The notes below the pieces were generated by a model. That model saw only the letters and a program-made list of their open reading frames with translations, was not told where the DNA came from and did not search any database. From Bugula neritina (Eukaryota > Animalia > Bryozoa): a DNA stretch of 64,000 bases. This document shows, one piece after another, positions 32,757 through 45,914 of this stretch. A program made the position numbers and the translations under genes. Where the stretch lies: NCBI GenBank assembly GCA_964035545.1, contig OZ037768.1, positions 16,723,875 through 16,787,874 on the forward strand. Direction: 5' to 3'. Numbering within the stretch: the stretch's first letter is position 1; each line of letters starts with the position of its first letter.

Positions 32757-35700
32757 ATGCTCCAAGTGTGTCGCTCTTGTAAGTTTTATTTGTAATTTAT
32801 CATAAAATTTAACTGTATTAGTTTTGTATTTAAAAGCAAATTTCTGTGATCTATTTGATCTTGCTTGTGTATTTTTTTAAATTTTACCAATATATTATTT
32901 GCAGGGTGGTAGTCTAGGTAAACTGTGTTAGATATTTACTAGTTAAATATTATAGCCCTCTTGAACAGCTTCCGCGCATTTTGTACTTCACTTTATAATT
33001 TTATGACATTCACCTTTAGGCTTGATCTTAATGTTTTATATTTGACTTCACTGCTGCAAAGTATCAATACTATAGAGCTGTTTTACAGCACTGGCTCATT
33101 GCCGGAAAGGGCTGGCCACATTTGTTCAAGGACAACCCGATAAGCCTGTTGTCAAAACTGAAGTTCCTGGGCCAAGATCTTTACAATTGAAATCAAACCT
33201 TCAAAGCTTACAGGTTAATGGAGTAACATTTTCTGCTATTTTCAACTAGCTTCTTTTTATATGTTTATGTTTTTTTAATTTAGTCAATACAAGCAAAACG
33301 TTACAGTAATGAAATTGCAAATAGAATATAACTTTAGGGTAATTGTGCTCTTCAGTTTTACGACATCTCTCTGTTTGTTTTTGCTTTCTTCAACATGTTT
33401 TTATATAAATATATATGTTACAGTCGGCAGGTTCGGTCTCACTATTTGCCAACTATGAAAAGAGTATTGGCAATTACTTAGTTGATGCTGATGGAAACAT
33501 ACTATTGGATCTTCTAACGCAGATTGCATCTGTTGCTATCGGTAGGCTCTATGGGTTTCTCCTGTACTTGTCTATCAACGTGTTGTGCTGAGAAAACTCA
33601 ATTTAGTCTCTATAATATTGTTATTAGCATGTTGATTTTTATATATCAATATATAATTAATAAAAAATTAAGAAGTTAACTGACATGTACTCATTTTGTT
33701 GAATCTCGTATTATATTAGCAAGAAAATAGCTAATCAAGAAGTTATTTATAAGACCTTGAATATAGTCTGTATAGATACAACCTGCTTGTAATTTAGTTT
33801 TTCTATTCAACATCGATGAATAATTCAAAGTATTTGTTGTAAAATCACATGCACAATTTTTCTTGAATAGGATACAACCATCCCAGGATAATAGAAGCCA
33901 TGAAAGATCCTAAAAACATGGTAAGCTTCACTGAGTCTGTAACAAAACTTGCATGAAATATGTTGAATATTTCCAAACACAGACTCAACCTGTAAGTTTG
34001 TCACAAAATTGAATAAAAGTTATTTTATTAGTCTGTTGATTCGCTTTAAGACAAGACTTGTGAACAGACCAGCACTTGGTCTGGTTCCACCGTCAGACTG
34101 GATGGAGCAACTCAATGAGGGACTACTTAGTGTCGCCCCTTCAGGACTCACTGGTTTACAGACTATGATGTGTGGAGCCTGTGCTAATGAACACGCTTAC
34201 AAGGCTGCTTTTATCCATTATCAGGTATTTATCTCTTTATATATATACAATGTAGCCAAGGTGTCAATATGTTAGTTACCAGCTGGAGATAGTGGGAAGC
34301 TAGGTAACATACATGTTGATATGGTGAAACAATGTGATCAGACTGGTTACATTGATTAAAATGTTGGAAATAAGCTGCACAAATAATTGCTTAAAAATGA
34401 CGTCCTTTTGCTATAGTGGTGGATTTACACAAGCTGTAATACACATTTTATATATCAACAAGCAAGTTGTTGCTTTGTCAGGCCAAAAGACGAGGTGGAG
34501 CTCCGAGTGCTGAAGAGCTGGAAAGTGCCTTGTGGAACAAAGAGCCAGGCTGTCCTGACTTGGCTATCATGTCATTTGTCAATGGATTTCATGGACGCAC
34601 CACAGGTGGGTTTGTTACACCATCACTTATGTGGACACAAGTCATTTTTTCTGTACTGGCAATTTACATGTATGCTACAGACTGATTACTGGATTGGGTA
34701 GTCTTCCATTTCTAGCACATCTAGCTGAAGTAAGTATTTGCCTAAGTATGAGTTGGTTAGCATTTAAGGTGTTTACTACTAGTTCTTCAATACTGTTAGT
34801 CCTTTTCATCGCATGAGTGAACATCTCATTTCATTCTATAAAATGTTTAGCTTGGTGTTTAAGCACTCTAGAATCTATATCATAGATTAGCATATAGTTC
34901 TAGTAGACTGTTATCTATTATTTGCTCCCAATATTTCTGGATCTCAAATTCATGCTGGATTGTAGCAATACACATCTGAACACGGGTAAAAGCTTGAATA
35001 ATACAGTACTTCATGCATATTGTCATTAACCTCAACAGCAAGGTAGCACAAAACAGTGTGATATATCTAAATTATTTCGCTGGCTGTTTTTTGTACTTTA
35101 ATACTGCTGATCTAATCTCAAGTGTGTGAGTGAGTTACAAGCTCTCACTGTAGGCATTGTAATCTATTATGTAATCCAAATTCTTGTTATTATTTTTTGT
35201 ATTTCCTGTCATCCATCTTTGCCTTTGTTGGATCAATTTATTATATTAGCATCAACTGCTGCCATGTCATCCGACTAAAACTGGTTTCATTAAATCATCA
35301 TAATCTACTGAATTTTTTATACGGACTCTCTTGTCTGAAAAATATTAGCCATACTTGTTACTTTTCAGCCGCCCTCACCTGTACACACGCTAAACCCATA
35401 CATAAACTGGATCTACCAATGTTGAGGTGGCCGCATGCGCCGTTCCCTCAACTGAAGTATCCATTAGAAGAAAATATTGTTGAAAATGAGGCCGAGGAAA
35501 TGAGGTGTCTCGACGAAGTAAATACGTAAAGTTTACCATGTAACAAGAATCTGTATATTATATTATATTATATTATGTTATGTTATGTATGTATATTATT
35601 TTATATTATATTATCTTATGTTGTGTTATTTTATAATACTAAATTATATTATGTTATGCTGGTTATTTTCTAATATAATATTGTATGTTATATTATTTTA

Positions 35701-38580
35701 TGCTAAATTAGATTATGTTACTATGTATATCATGTGAGCATGAAGTGACAAAATTGTGTACATAGAAGTAATCTCAGAGAGCTAAAGTTATATTAATATA
35801 ATATTCTGTATGGTATTTCAGGTTGAAAGGTTAATAGAAGAGAGGGAAGATGCAGGGCAGCTGGTAGCTGGCATCAATGTGGAGCCTATTCAAGGGGAAG
35901 GGGGAGACAATTATGCCTCTGCTAACTTCTTTAGACAGTTACAGTATATCTGTGATAAGGTAAAGTTATACTTCAGCTAACTGCTTGCAGCAAAGTTCGA
36001 GTAAACAGTTTTATTAGCTAAATGCATTATTATAATAGTTATGCAACTAGACACATAGGGTGTTATCATTGCTTTTAACTGCAATTGGAAAAAAATTGAG
36101 AAGTTAATTAAAACGAATGTAGAAAATATTTTAATTGCTGCCAACACAAATTATAATATTATTTATAATACTACTGTAATTGTTTGCTACTTTCTGGAGT
36201 AGAACTACGATAACATAAATGTATCAATTTATGCATGTCATTGTGGATCATCTGCTGAACTTTAGAGGGGAATAGCGTTTATAGTTGACGAGGTGCAGAC
36301 AGGATGTGGTGTGACTGGGAAGATGTGGGCACATGAACATTGGAATCTAGATGAGCCTCCAGACATTGTCATCTTTGCCAAAAAGATGGCCGCCGCTGGC
36401 TTCTACTATAAACATACTTTGATACCAAATCAGGTGACGAACTGGAAATACTTTTTAGTATTTAGGTAGACTTATATTGTGTAACTAAGGAAATTTTAAG
36501 TTTTGGTTTATGCGTTTTTCCTGGGCTAAGATAAACATGACAGTTCTTATTTTCTATGCATGATTTATGTATTTTAGACTTGAAAGTATTGTAATATTAT
36601 TTAAATAGTTATATGTGCTGAATTATGCTTTCTGTTTGTTTCAAGGTTCTCATAAGGTGTATCTGAGATGAGTGTTAAATGTCTACATATTTATTCATGT
36701 TTTTTAGAGATAATGTAAGTCTATATAATGAATGCCCTTGTCTAGAAGAAGCACTAAATTTATATAAATGGGCTCTTTAATGAGTAGCAAATTCATCAAG
36801 TTTTTTATAGCATTTTAGCTAATGTGTCGTTTGCCAGTTGGTTCTTCTAGCTTTCTATGATTGAATTTCAACATACAGGGTTATAGGATATTCAATACTT
36901 GGATGGGAGATCCTCATAAAATGGTTGTATTAGAAGCTGTTTTGGATGTTTACAAAAGAGACAACCTCGTAGACAACATGGCTACCCAAGGAGAGCACAT
37001 ACTCAGTGGACTCAAGAAACTTCAGGTGTTTTATACTATTATTTTAATTTGATTATTTTCAATATTTGAATAACTATTTCCTTATATCTTATCTACCATA
37101 CATTTAGTATTATACCATGTCTATCATGTATCTACTACTACACCATGTCTATCATGTATCTACTACTACACCATGTCTATCATGTATCTACTACTACACC
37201 ATGTCTATCATGTATCTACTACTATACCATGTCTATCATGTATCTACTACTACACCATGTCTATCATGTATCTACTACTATACCATGTCTATCATGTATC
37301 TATTACTATACTATGTCTATCATGTAACTATTACTATACCATGTCTATCATGTATCTATTACTATACTATGTCTATCATGTATCTATTACTATACTATGT
37401 CTATCATGTATCTATTACTATACTATGTCTATCATGTATCTATTACTATACTATGTCTATCATGTATCTACTATTATACCATGTCTATCATGTAACTATT
37501 ACTATACCATGTCTATCATGTATCTATTACTATACTATGTCTATCATGTATCTATTACTATACCATGTCTATCGTGTGTCTGTAAAACTATTGTACACAA
37601 TTCATGCGATGCGCTTGATTTCATGTTTTAAAAGGAGCGATAGATAATCAGTAGAAATGTTTGTAGGCCAAGTATTCTGGTCAGATAGAGAATGCTAGAG
37701 GTCAAGGTATTATGGCAGCGTTTGACTGTGCTGACCCGGCAGCTAGAGATGACATGATCAGCAGATTGGCTAACAAAGGTGAACTCATTTCTCTCTCCTG
37801 TACTTTGAGTATTGCTGTATTTCAGATGCTGTAGTTAACTGGTAGTTAGCTGGCAGTTAGCCGGTAGTTAGCTGGTAGTTAGCCGGTAGTTAGCTGGTAG
37901 AGCTATACATATATATATATATGGTAGAGGTATACATATATGAGCTGTTTATTTGACATGGTGTTTTCACTGCTAGAGAAATATTGTTGCAGTACAACTT
38001 ATTTGAGTTAAATACTCTTATTTTAATATATTTGTGGGTAGCAGTATTTTATGCTAGAATCTAGGTTTTAGCAGTAGCCAATCGTTTGCTAGCATCTTAT
38101 ATCATATGGATTCAATTAATATCACTCAGAAGCCTTTAGTAGAATGAGTCATCAAGATTCACAATGAATGCAAATGCATTGTGCAATATCTACACCATTA
38201 GTATCTAACATGGAGTTAGATATTTATTTATACAGTTTATGGTTTATTCAATAAATGATAATCCTTTAAATTTAGAAAATGTTTGCCAATTTTGCACAAC
38301 TTGCCCCAATTTTTTTATTCAGTGTAAATATTAATTAATCAACAAGCTGCCAGCTTGAACCCTGTCAATGTTTCTTTCATCATTTAGTATTTGTTTTGAA
38401 AGCAATATTTTGTGAAGATGTCTGTGACTCATAGTAAACAAAGTAAATGTTGCCTGTTTAGGTATAGTGACAGCGGGATGTGGCACCAGGAGCTTACGAC
38501 TAAGACCTGCGGCAATCCTAGAGAAGTGTCATGTGGATATATTCCTTGATGCCTTGGAGCAGGTGCTCCGGGAAATGTAG
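32757..38580 (+). CDS. ABAT: 4-aminobutyrate aminotransferase, mitochondrial (GABA transaminase)
   Basis: Exons 32757-32778, 33089-33213, 33424-33541, 33871-33920, 34051-34224, 34482-34605, 35369-35517, 35822-35959, 36266-36433, 36879-37025, 37667-37778, 38462-38580. Motifs: [77 protein letters not shown] (PLP lysine), [10 protein letters not shown]. Confidence 0.96.
37110..37573. repeat. 28-bp minisatellite (~16 copies) in an ABAT intron
   Basis: Unit CCATGTCTATCATGTATCTACTACTATA with variants. Confidence 0.95.
37831..37900. repeat. 12-bp tandem repeat (GTAGTTAGCTG-type, ~5-6 copies)
   Basis: Directly visible in an ABAT intron. Confidence 0.85.
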
Positions 38581-39535
38581 AGGTTGTATTCTGAAGGCGA
38601 TTAGTCTAATGAAGGGAGGGGACGACTCCATCTCACTGAGTTGCTTTGGCTTACTTAACTCTATTACTGGCATAACCTACTGTATTTATTATATTTACAT
38701 CTAATTTATATTATACACAGTAAGTCAATCACGCTATTTTGTAACTGGTATTGTTTGAGTTTATGCAGTAAGTGTATTCCCACTGGATGTTTTTTATTAA
38801 GATGTTCTTTTTAAATCATGTAGATCTCCTTATACTTATCCTACATTTACTTACATTATAGATTTTTTTTATTTTTGCTTTTACAAAATAAAACTTGTAA
38901 CCCTATTTTAAATGTTTGTTTTTGTTGCAGATTTTCTATACTATAATAATTATAATTGAAGCACACACCTCTTCTGTTAACTATTGTATTGCTGAATTCG
39001 TGTCTTTCTACATAACTTGCCCAAATATAAAACATTTTATATTTAATTTGTTAATTATTTCAATATAATAAAATTTCTTAAGCAATGTAAAAGCGTTTAT
39101 TTTCGATGTGGAAAACATGTGTGTTTTTCATCAATATTATATATGAGTACAGCAGGCTATATTAAGCAATTTTAGGGAGTTATAGCTTTCTACAGTTTTT
39201 GTTGATACACAATTTTTAAAGCACAAAGCTTTGCTGTGTCATGGTTACAAAATATGTCGAAAGTTTGCAAGAAACTGATTATTTTATTTATAAAACAAAA
39301 AAATAAAACTATTTCTTTGTAATAATCAAACTTCTTTCATTCTATGACAGCACTGCTTTGTTATTATTCCATTTGAATTTGTCCAAAAAACTGTTGTCTA
39401 CAAAAAAAGAATAAAACCTGTTAATGCAGGTAATGAATCAATACTTCATTTTTTGCTAGAATAAATGTGCAACATTTTACATAAACTTCTCATTAAATTA
39501 ATATTAGTATACTTTTCCGCTAGCTGGCACCGAAT

Positions 39536-39930
39536 TTACACTGGCAAATCTTATAAATAAATGTATATGATTAATATCTTACTAGTATACTACCTTCACT
39601 GTATCATGATATTATGTCACTTGAAATTGTATATATAAATTATAGATCTAATGAATAGGTACTTACTACAGCTGCATGTACTGCATCCCCTAGAATCATA
39701 TGCAATGCCAAATGGACAATACACTGCACAAGCTAGTACAGGGCAGTTTCTGCCAATAACTGCACTGTTTGCTGCAACAGTTTATTAAATGTTTATTAAC
39801 AACAAAAAATTGTAGCAGTGGTTTTATTGTCATGTGCAAACAGACACACAATTCATGCAAGATTAACAATGTTCAACTCACCAGCAAACACTAAAGCTAA
39901 CAGAGTGACAATAATAGCAAAACCCTTCAT
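39536..39930 (-). CDS. Secreted single-domain antistasin-like peptide, copy D (55 aa)
   Basis: Exons 39930-39882, 39771-39667, 39549-39536: MKGFAIIVTLLALVFA-ANSAVIGRNCPVLACAVYCPFGIAYDSRGCSTCSC-NLPV*. Confidence 0.8.
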
Positions 39931-40971
39931 CTTGATGCACTGACTGCAAATGAACAATAGTGTTTGCTAAAAGGTACCTGGTATACATGTAGGCTATATC
40001 TCCAACATTGCTGACATCTGCTATTTCTCATCAACACTTCATGCACGTCATTGACTAACAGGAAGCAGAAATTGCTTCAAAGTTGGACTAATGCAAAATT
40101 TAAATTAATGCAAAAAATGAACTTTATTTATGCAGTTCTAATATATACGTTGTTTTGCAGAGTTACTATAAATAAATTAACATGCAATTTGCTTGATCCT
40201 GGTGCTGTAATTTGGCCTCTATCAAAAATGCCTCCACTGTTGTAAATAATCAGATTAATATGCAAAGCATCCGTTATTGCATAATAATTTATCCTTGCTG
40301 TGGTAATCTAATCACAAAATAAATTGGTGACTGGGAGTTTTCAAACCATTATCTTGTGATATAATACAACTTCTGTTAAATGACAAGCTTTGCAGGTGTT
40401 TCCTGTAAATTTAATGTTAAGAGCTACATCAAATAGTTGTGACTAGTGTATTTTCTATTAAAGTTTGCAATACATCTGAGCTTAAATTTTACTTACAACC
40501 CATAGCATATTTTCGGTAAACTTTTGTAGTTCGTCATGACTTTCAGTTTCTTTCATATATAGAACTTGAGCAAAATTTATCAAGCTAGTCTATTTCTTAC
40601 TTTAAATATATCTACTTAAATAGGTGACAGAAAGTTGAGATGCTGCCCCAATCTCAATATGACAAGTATTGGAATCTGCATTAGTTTGTTATTCTACACA
40701 TGTGTGTTGCACACTTATCTTTTAGGTTTTGTGTAAGCGAATGATTTATAACAAGTCTATTTTCAAAGCAACATACTTTTACTTATAAATTAAGTTATAA
40801 CAGTTTTGTTATTGCTAATAATTGATAATGAAAGGAGGCCATGTATGTATGTGCAACTGCATTTTATTTTATCCAATATGTTATATTCATAAAGAAACAC
40901 CATTCATTATAACATTCAAGAGAGCTTAGCAGGGAATCATCTCTTTAGTCAGGGATTGCACTGTTCGCTTT

Positions 40972-42617
40972 CTAAAAAGGTACACTGGGACCTTCATCTG
41001 GAAATCTTTCTACAAGACAATACAATTATTATAAGAAGCAAAATGAATGAAACATGGCACTATTTGTGTATATTGGTGATATATTACGAATGCATGACTG
41101 AGATTTGCTGTACCTTTGAAACATTACACAGTTATAAAGTTTGAAGCCCAGTTTGTTTAGTTTTAGCAATCATTTTTTCCTTTTAAATTTTAGCACAGTG
41201 TTGCTGTTTTTTACTGATGAATCTATAGCAGGTTATATCTATACTTACCACTTACAGTTACTCCAGGAAACAGTCTATAGACTACATGAGATGCACTGAT
41301 TTTAAACAATGTAATTTTTGTATTATCTAATAGATTGATGTCTAAAACTGTAACCATTAGATAGTCTATCAGGGAATTTAATTGGTTGAATACAAATGTA
41401 CATTTTTTTCCTATGTATCAAATACTTTTATGATTTTTTCCAGAAAATGACTCTCAGTTGGGATACTGAACGAATTATTCAAATGGGGTGTGAGCTGCCA
41501 CTTTAAGAGTCATGAAATTTTGACCAATTTAAAAAAATTATAGTTCTGTGTGATTTGATTACCATGTAAAATGAATTCTGTCTAAGTTTCAGACTTCGCG
41601 CATTAAATGCATAAAGTGCATTAAGTGATAGCATTTAAACTTCAAACTGTGTAATTAAAACGTTTAATTGGGGTTTCAAGAGAAACCTGTACGTTAGTCT
41701 TTATATCAAATGGTCTAAATGCGCTTGGCTTATAAATATTACAGAAATAAGTTTTTTGGTGCAATACAGTTTACTAGTAATTGTCAAAATGTGCGAAGAT
41801 CATACAAACTTTTACTTGTTTAAGAATTAAACCCCACCAAGCGGTTTTAAAAAAATAGGCCGTGTAAAACTTTAGATTTGTTGGAAATTTTGTCTTCTAA
41901 TAGCAATTTGCTGTCATTCAGTGTTCGGCGTGTCATACTTACTGCAACTACAAGTTGGGCAGTTATTCTCATCTAGAACATTTCCAAATTGACAGTAGAT
42001 GAGGCAAACAGGTCCACATCGAATTTTACCAATTTCACCACTAATCACTGCACTGTTGGCTAAAATACAGTAGAAAAATCGCAAATGTGTCAAATAAGCT
42101 AGCTAACTACATATGTGCGTGTGTTCATGCGTGTGCGTGTGTGCGTGTGTTCATGCGTGTGCGTGTGTGTGTGTGTAGCCATAGTTTTAGCATTATAATT
42201 TAGCAACATGGAGGTGTAACACAATGTAAGCCTTAGCTAACGTAGATTGTCTTGCAACTATGAATGCTATAAATACATTGTTTAGTTTAAAGTTGAACAA
42301 AATAAAAAATATAAATAAAATATTTTAAAATGACATAGCCTTAAAGTTGCTGCTGCAGTAGAGCGTTACTTCTTTGTGATAAACAACCTCATTTTAGCTA
42401 GTGAAAACTTTTTAACATTATATTTTTTAAAAAAAGATAATTGAATTAGAAGTCATAAATTTTGTGTTTATCTAATGACTTTAAACCTCAAGGGTGGTTT
42501 TACATGCGATATATATAAGAACTTTTTCTATCATACTACAAAATTTCAGATCAGTGTTTTATACTCACCAGAGAATATCAGAGCTATAAAAGAAAGAAGT
42601 AAAGCCAAAACTTTCAT
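40972..42617 (-). CDS. Secreted single-domain antistasin-like peptide, copy C (67 aa)
   Basis: Exons 42617-42569, 42059-41943, 41009-40972: [67 protein letters not shown]. Confidence 0.82.
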
Positions 42618-42952
42618 GGTGACTTGTTGCAGTTGTAATGTTAAATGTGTATGATTGATGATGGCACTGGCATATCTACTATAGCTCCATATGACAGCTC
42701 TCACATCTGATTGATAGATATGTATATAATATAGAGTGTATAAGTGTTAAGTTTTATCTGCAATGTTATATTGGCCATTTGTAATTTCAGTTTTTAAAGC
42801 AAGAGATAGAAAACCTCTGCCATACTAATATTATAATCGCATTATATCTTTATTAGATGCATACCAATGCAGTTACAATGTTATAGATGCATATTTGTGC
42901 AGTTACAATATAATGTGCACTGTGTACATAATGATCAATATATATACTATAT

Positions 42953-43029
42953 ACACGCACACGCACACGCACACGCACACGCACACGCACACGCACACGC
43001 ACACGCACACGCACACGCACACGCACACG

Positions 43030-43105
<76 letters not shown>

Positions 43106-43310
43106 TGTATGTATGTATGTATGTATGTATGTATGTATGTATGTATGTATGTATGTATGTATATATATATACCGTATATATATGTATATATGTATATATA
43201 TATCGTATATGTATGCTGTATATGTATGCTGTATATGTATACTGTATACTGTATACTGTATATGTATACTGTATACTGTATATGTATACTGTATACTGTA
43301 TATGTATATA
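42953..43310. repeat. Compound microsatellite (CACGCA)n(CA)n(TA)n(TATG)n(TATACTG)n
   Basis: Directly visible. Confidence 0.95.
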
Positions 43311-43554
43311 ATATACAGAGCTTACTTATAATATTTATTCGTAAACACAAAGAAATCATAGCAAGTCGATTTGTAAAACAGCATATTTTTACAGTTTATA
43401 AATCAAGTTACAAAAATATTTTTATTGCCAATAATTGATAATGTGAGGAGCCTATGTATGTATACGCAACTGCATTTTATTTTATCAAAACAAATTTTGA
43501 TAAAGAAACACACTTCATTATAACATTCAGGGGAGTGTAGCAAGGATCATCTCT

Positions 43555-44488
43555 TTATTCAGGGACTACACTTTTGGTTTTCCAAAAAGACACAATGGGA
43601 CCTTCACCCGAAGGTCTTTCTACAAGACAATAAAACTACTTTAAGGAACACAATGAACAAAATATGAGCTCTATTTGGGTGAATCAGTAACATGTCACAC
43701 ACCTGATTAAAATTACAGCACTGTGTTGAAACTTGCTATATTTTTAAAACATTACACAAAGAGCTTGAACTCATACTCAAATAGACTGTTTACACTTGCT
43801 TAGAGAAATATTTTGTGGAATGTATGAGACTTACTAATTTTAAATAATATTGTTTTTGTACACTATAAACCATGTCTGAAAATGGTAGCATATCAGAAAA
43901 TTTAGAACCTACTAACTAAAGTCAGTTAACTACATATTTAAAATTTTATTCGTGTATATATTATATATATCAAATATATGTTTTTAATGATTTTCTCAAA
44001 AATGTCTCTCAACTGAAATATATTAAAATTTTAGTCTCAAGTGTTAAACTTTGCATATATATTTAGTGGTTGGGTATATTGAGTGATAGTAGTTAAACTT
44101 TGTAGCTACAATACACTCGCGTAATTGTCAAGAAGCTCAAGTTATATGAGTTTCACTTGTTTGTGAAACTGCCCTGTTAGTTATGAAAACACTGTCTAAA
44201 TTCTTGGATGAATTAAAGAATCTGTTTTCTAATAATTATAGTAATTTACTCTCAAGCAGTGTTTGACACATAAGTGTGGAACTATACTTACTGCATTTAC
44301 ATATTGGGCAGTTATTCTCATCTAGAACATTTCCATATACACAGGAAATGAAACAACTGGGTCCACATCGCATTTCACCACCAATCACTGCACTGTTTGC
44401 TAAAATTAATAGTAATTTTGCAACTGTGACAAAGTTATAGCTGGCCAAAAGCCAGTACATGTTTAGTGGTGTGTGTGTGTGTGCGTGC

Positions 44489-44527
<39 letters not shown>

Positions 44528-44991
44528 CGTGTGTGTGTGTGTGTGTGTGCGTGAGTGCGTGTGTGTGTGTGCGTGTGGTAAAATACTTTAAGCTATAATT
44601 TACCGACAAAAATATAATGTAGCACAATATAGGCAAAACTTGTTTGAAGCTATGAATGCTGTTATAACTTTGTTAAAATTTAAAGTTACGTGAAATAAGA
44701 AATATAAATGATGAATTTTATAGTTTACTTTTCCTAAAGATAATTGCTGCGACGGTACCTATAGCATTACTTCTCCATAGAGGCTCTTTTAGCATCGGAT
44801 GTTTGCAAGAAAAACTTAAAACTCCAAATCATTAATTTGGTTTTTGTGTAGTCGCTCTAAATCTCAATGGTGGTTTTATATGCTATATATAAGAACTTTT
44901 TCTATCATACTACAAAATTTCAGATCAGTGTTTTATACTCACCAGAGAATATCAGAGCTATAAAAGAAAGAAGTAAAGCCAAAACTTTCAT
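43555..44991 (-). CDS. Secreted single-domain antistasin-like peptide, copy B (73 aa)
   Basis: Exons 44991-44943, 44399-44292, 43619-43555: [73 protein letters not shown]. Confidence 0.82.
44467..44577. repeat. (TG)n/(TGCG)n microsatellite, with a paralogous tract at ~42114-42176
   Basis: Directly visible, at the same intron position in antistasin-like copies B and C. Confidence 0.9.
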
Positions 44992-45509
44992 GGTGACTTG
45001 TTGCAGTTGCAATGTTGAATGTATATACCTGAAGATGGCAGTGGCAAATTTATGTACAGTAGGGCTATTATAGCTCCATGTGACAGCTCTCACAGAGATA
45101 CGTATACGCCTATCTGATGAACCAGGGGTGTTCAACCCTTTTAGAGCTAGGTCCACTGAAATGAAATATTTTATGGCGAGAGCCACTTTGTAAAATTTAG
45201 CATGAATTAGTGGGCCACAGCATCAGTATATTTTTTTTAATTACTTTTTTTAAGTTCCCATCAATGATTACAACGGAGCCCTAATAATCACTGCAAGCTG
45301 TATGTCGTGTAACATGTATATAAATGAGACATCTAACCTGTGGTTTTTCCACTCTAATTCATATATGTATGTGCAAAATAATTTTATTTGTTATGCCTTT
45401 GAGGGCCATGCACATAAATGTAGGCTGGGGGACCGCATCTGGGGCGCCTGTTGGACAGTTCTGCTATAGAGTATAATGTGAGTGTTAAGTTTTATCTGCA
45501 TTACTATAT

Positions 45510-45708
45510 AACTCACTCACAGAAGTTTATAGTCCCTGTGAGAAGCCCCTGATGGAAAGGGCTTTTGTTAGATCAGGCTAAGGACTTATTTAAATGAGGC
45601 ACAGGGCACCAAACTGCCTAACATTACCAATGGCCTTTGTCCGGCTCCAAACCCATGACCTCGTGTTTACTAGGCAAACGCTCTAACCCCTAGACCACAG
45701 CTGCTCCC
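45510..45708 (-). mobile_element. tRNA-derived SINE (~200 bp) with 17-bp TSD
   Basis: The minus-strand head GGGAGCAGCTGTGGTCTAGGGGTTAGAGCG...GGGTTTGGAGCC has A-box-like and B-box-like motifs, and the tail is GAGT-repeat-like. TSD: TATCTGCATTACTATAT (45493-45509) / TATCTGCATCACTATAT (45709-45725). Confidence 0.8.
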
Positions 45709-45914
45709 TATCTGCATCACTATATGGCTTACTTATATATTGAATGTTGTAATTTAAGTTTTCTAAAAAAATATAGGAAACTTGTTACTGATTGGAAGCC
45801 TTATGAACAGAATGAGGTATAATCTACTATATATTTATTAAATGCATACATGTGCAGTTACAATATAGTGTGTACTGTGTACTGTACATAACTATAAGCT
45901 GCAAACTTCTGTGA

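Noticed and set aside
37117-37647. 176-aa and 152-aa ORFs
   Set aside because: Translations of the 28-bp intronic minisatellite.
42853-43438. His/Tyr/Val-rich ORFs (similarly 10483-10726)
   Set aside because: Microsatellite translations.
45123-45463. hAT-like MITE (CAGGGGTGTTCAAC...GTTGGACAGTTCTG)
   Set aside because: The termini are only loosely inverted and no 8-bp TSD was found. It is a plausible old insertion but too weak to call.
45640-45708. tRNA gene
   Set aside because: Degenerate B-box, no clean cloverleaf, an attached body and tail, and a 17-bp TSD show it is a SINE head.
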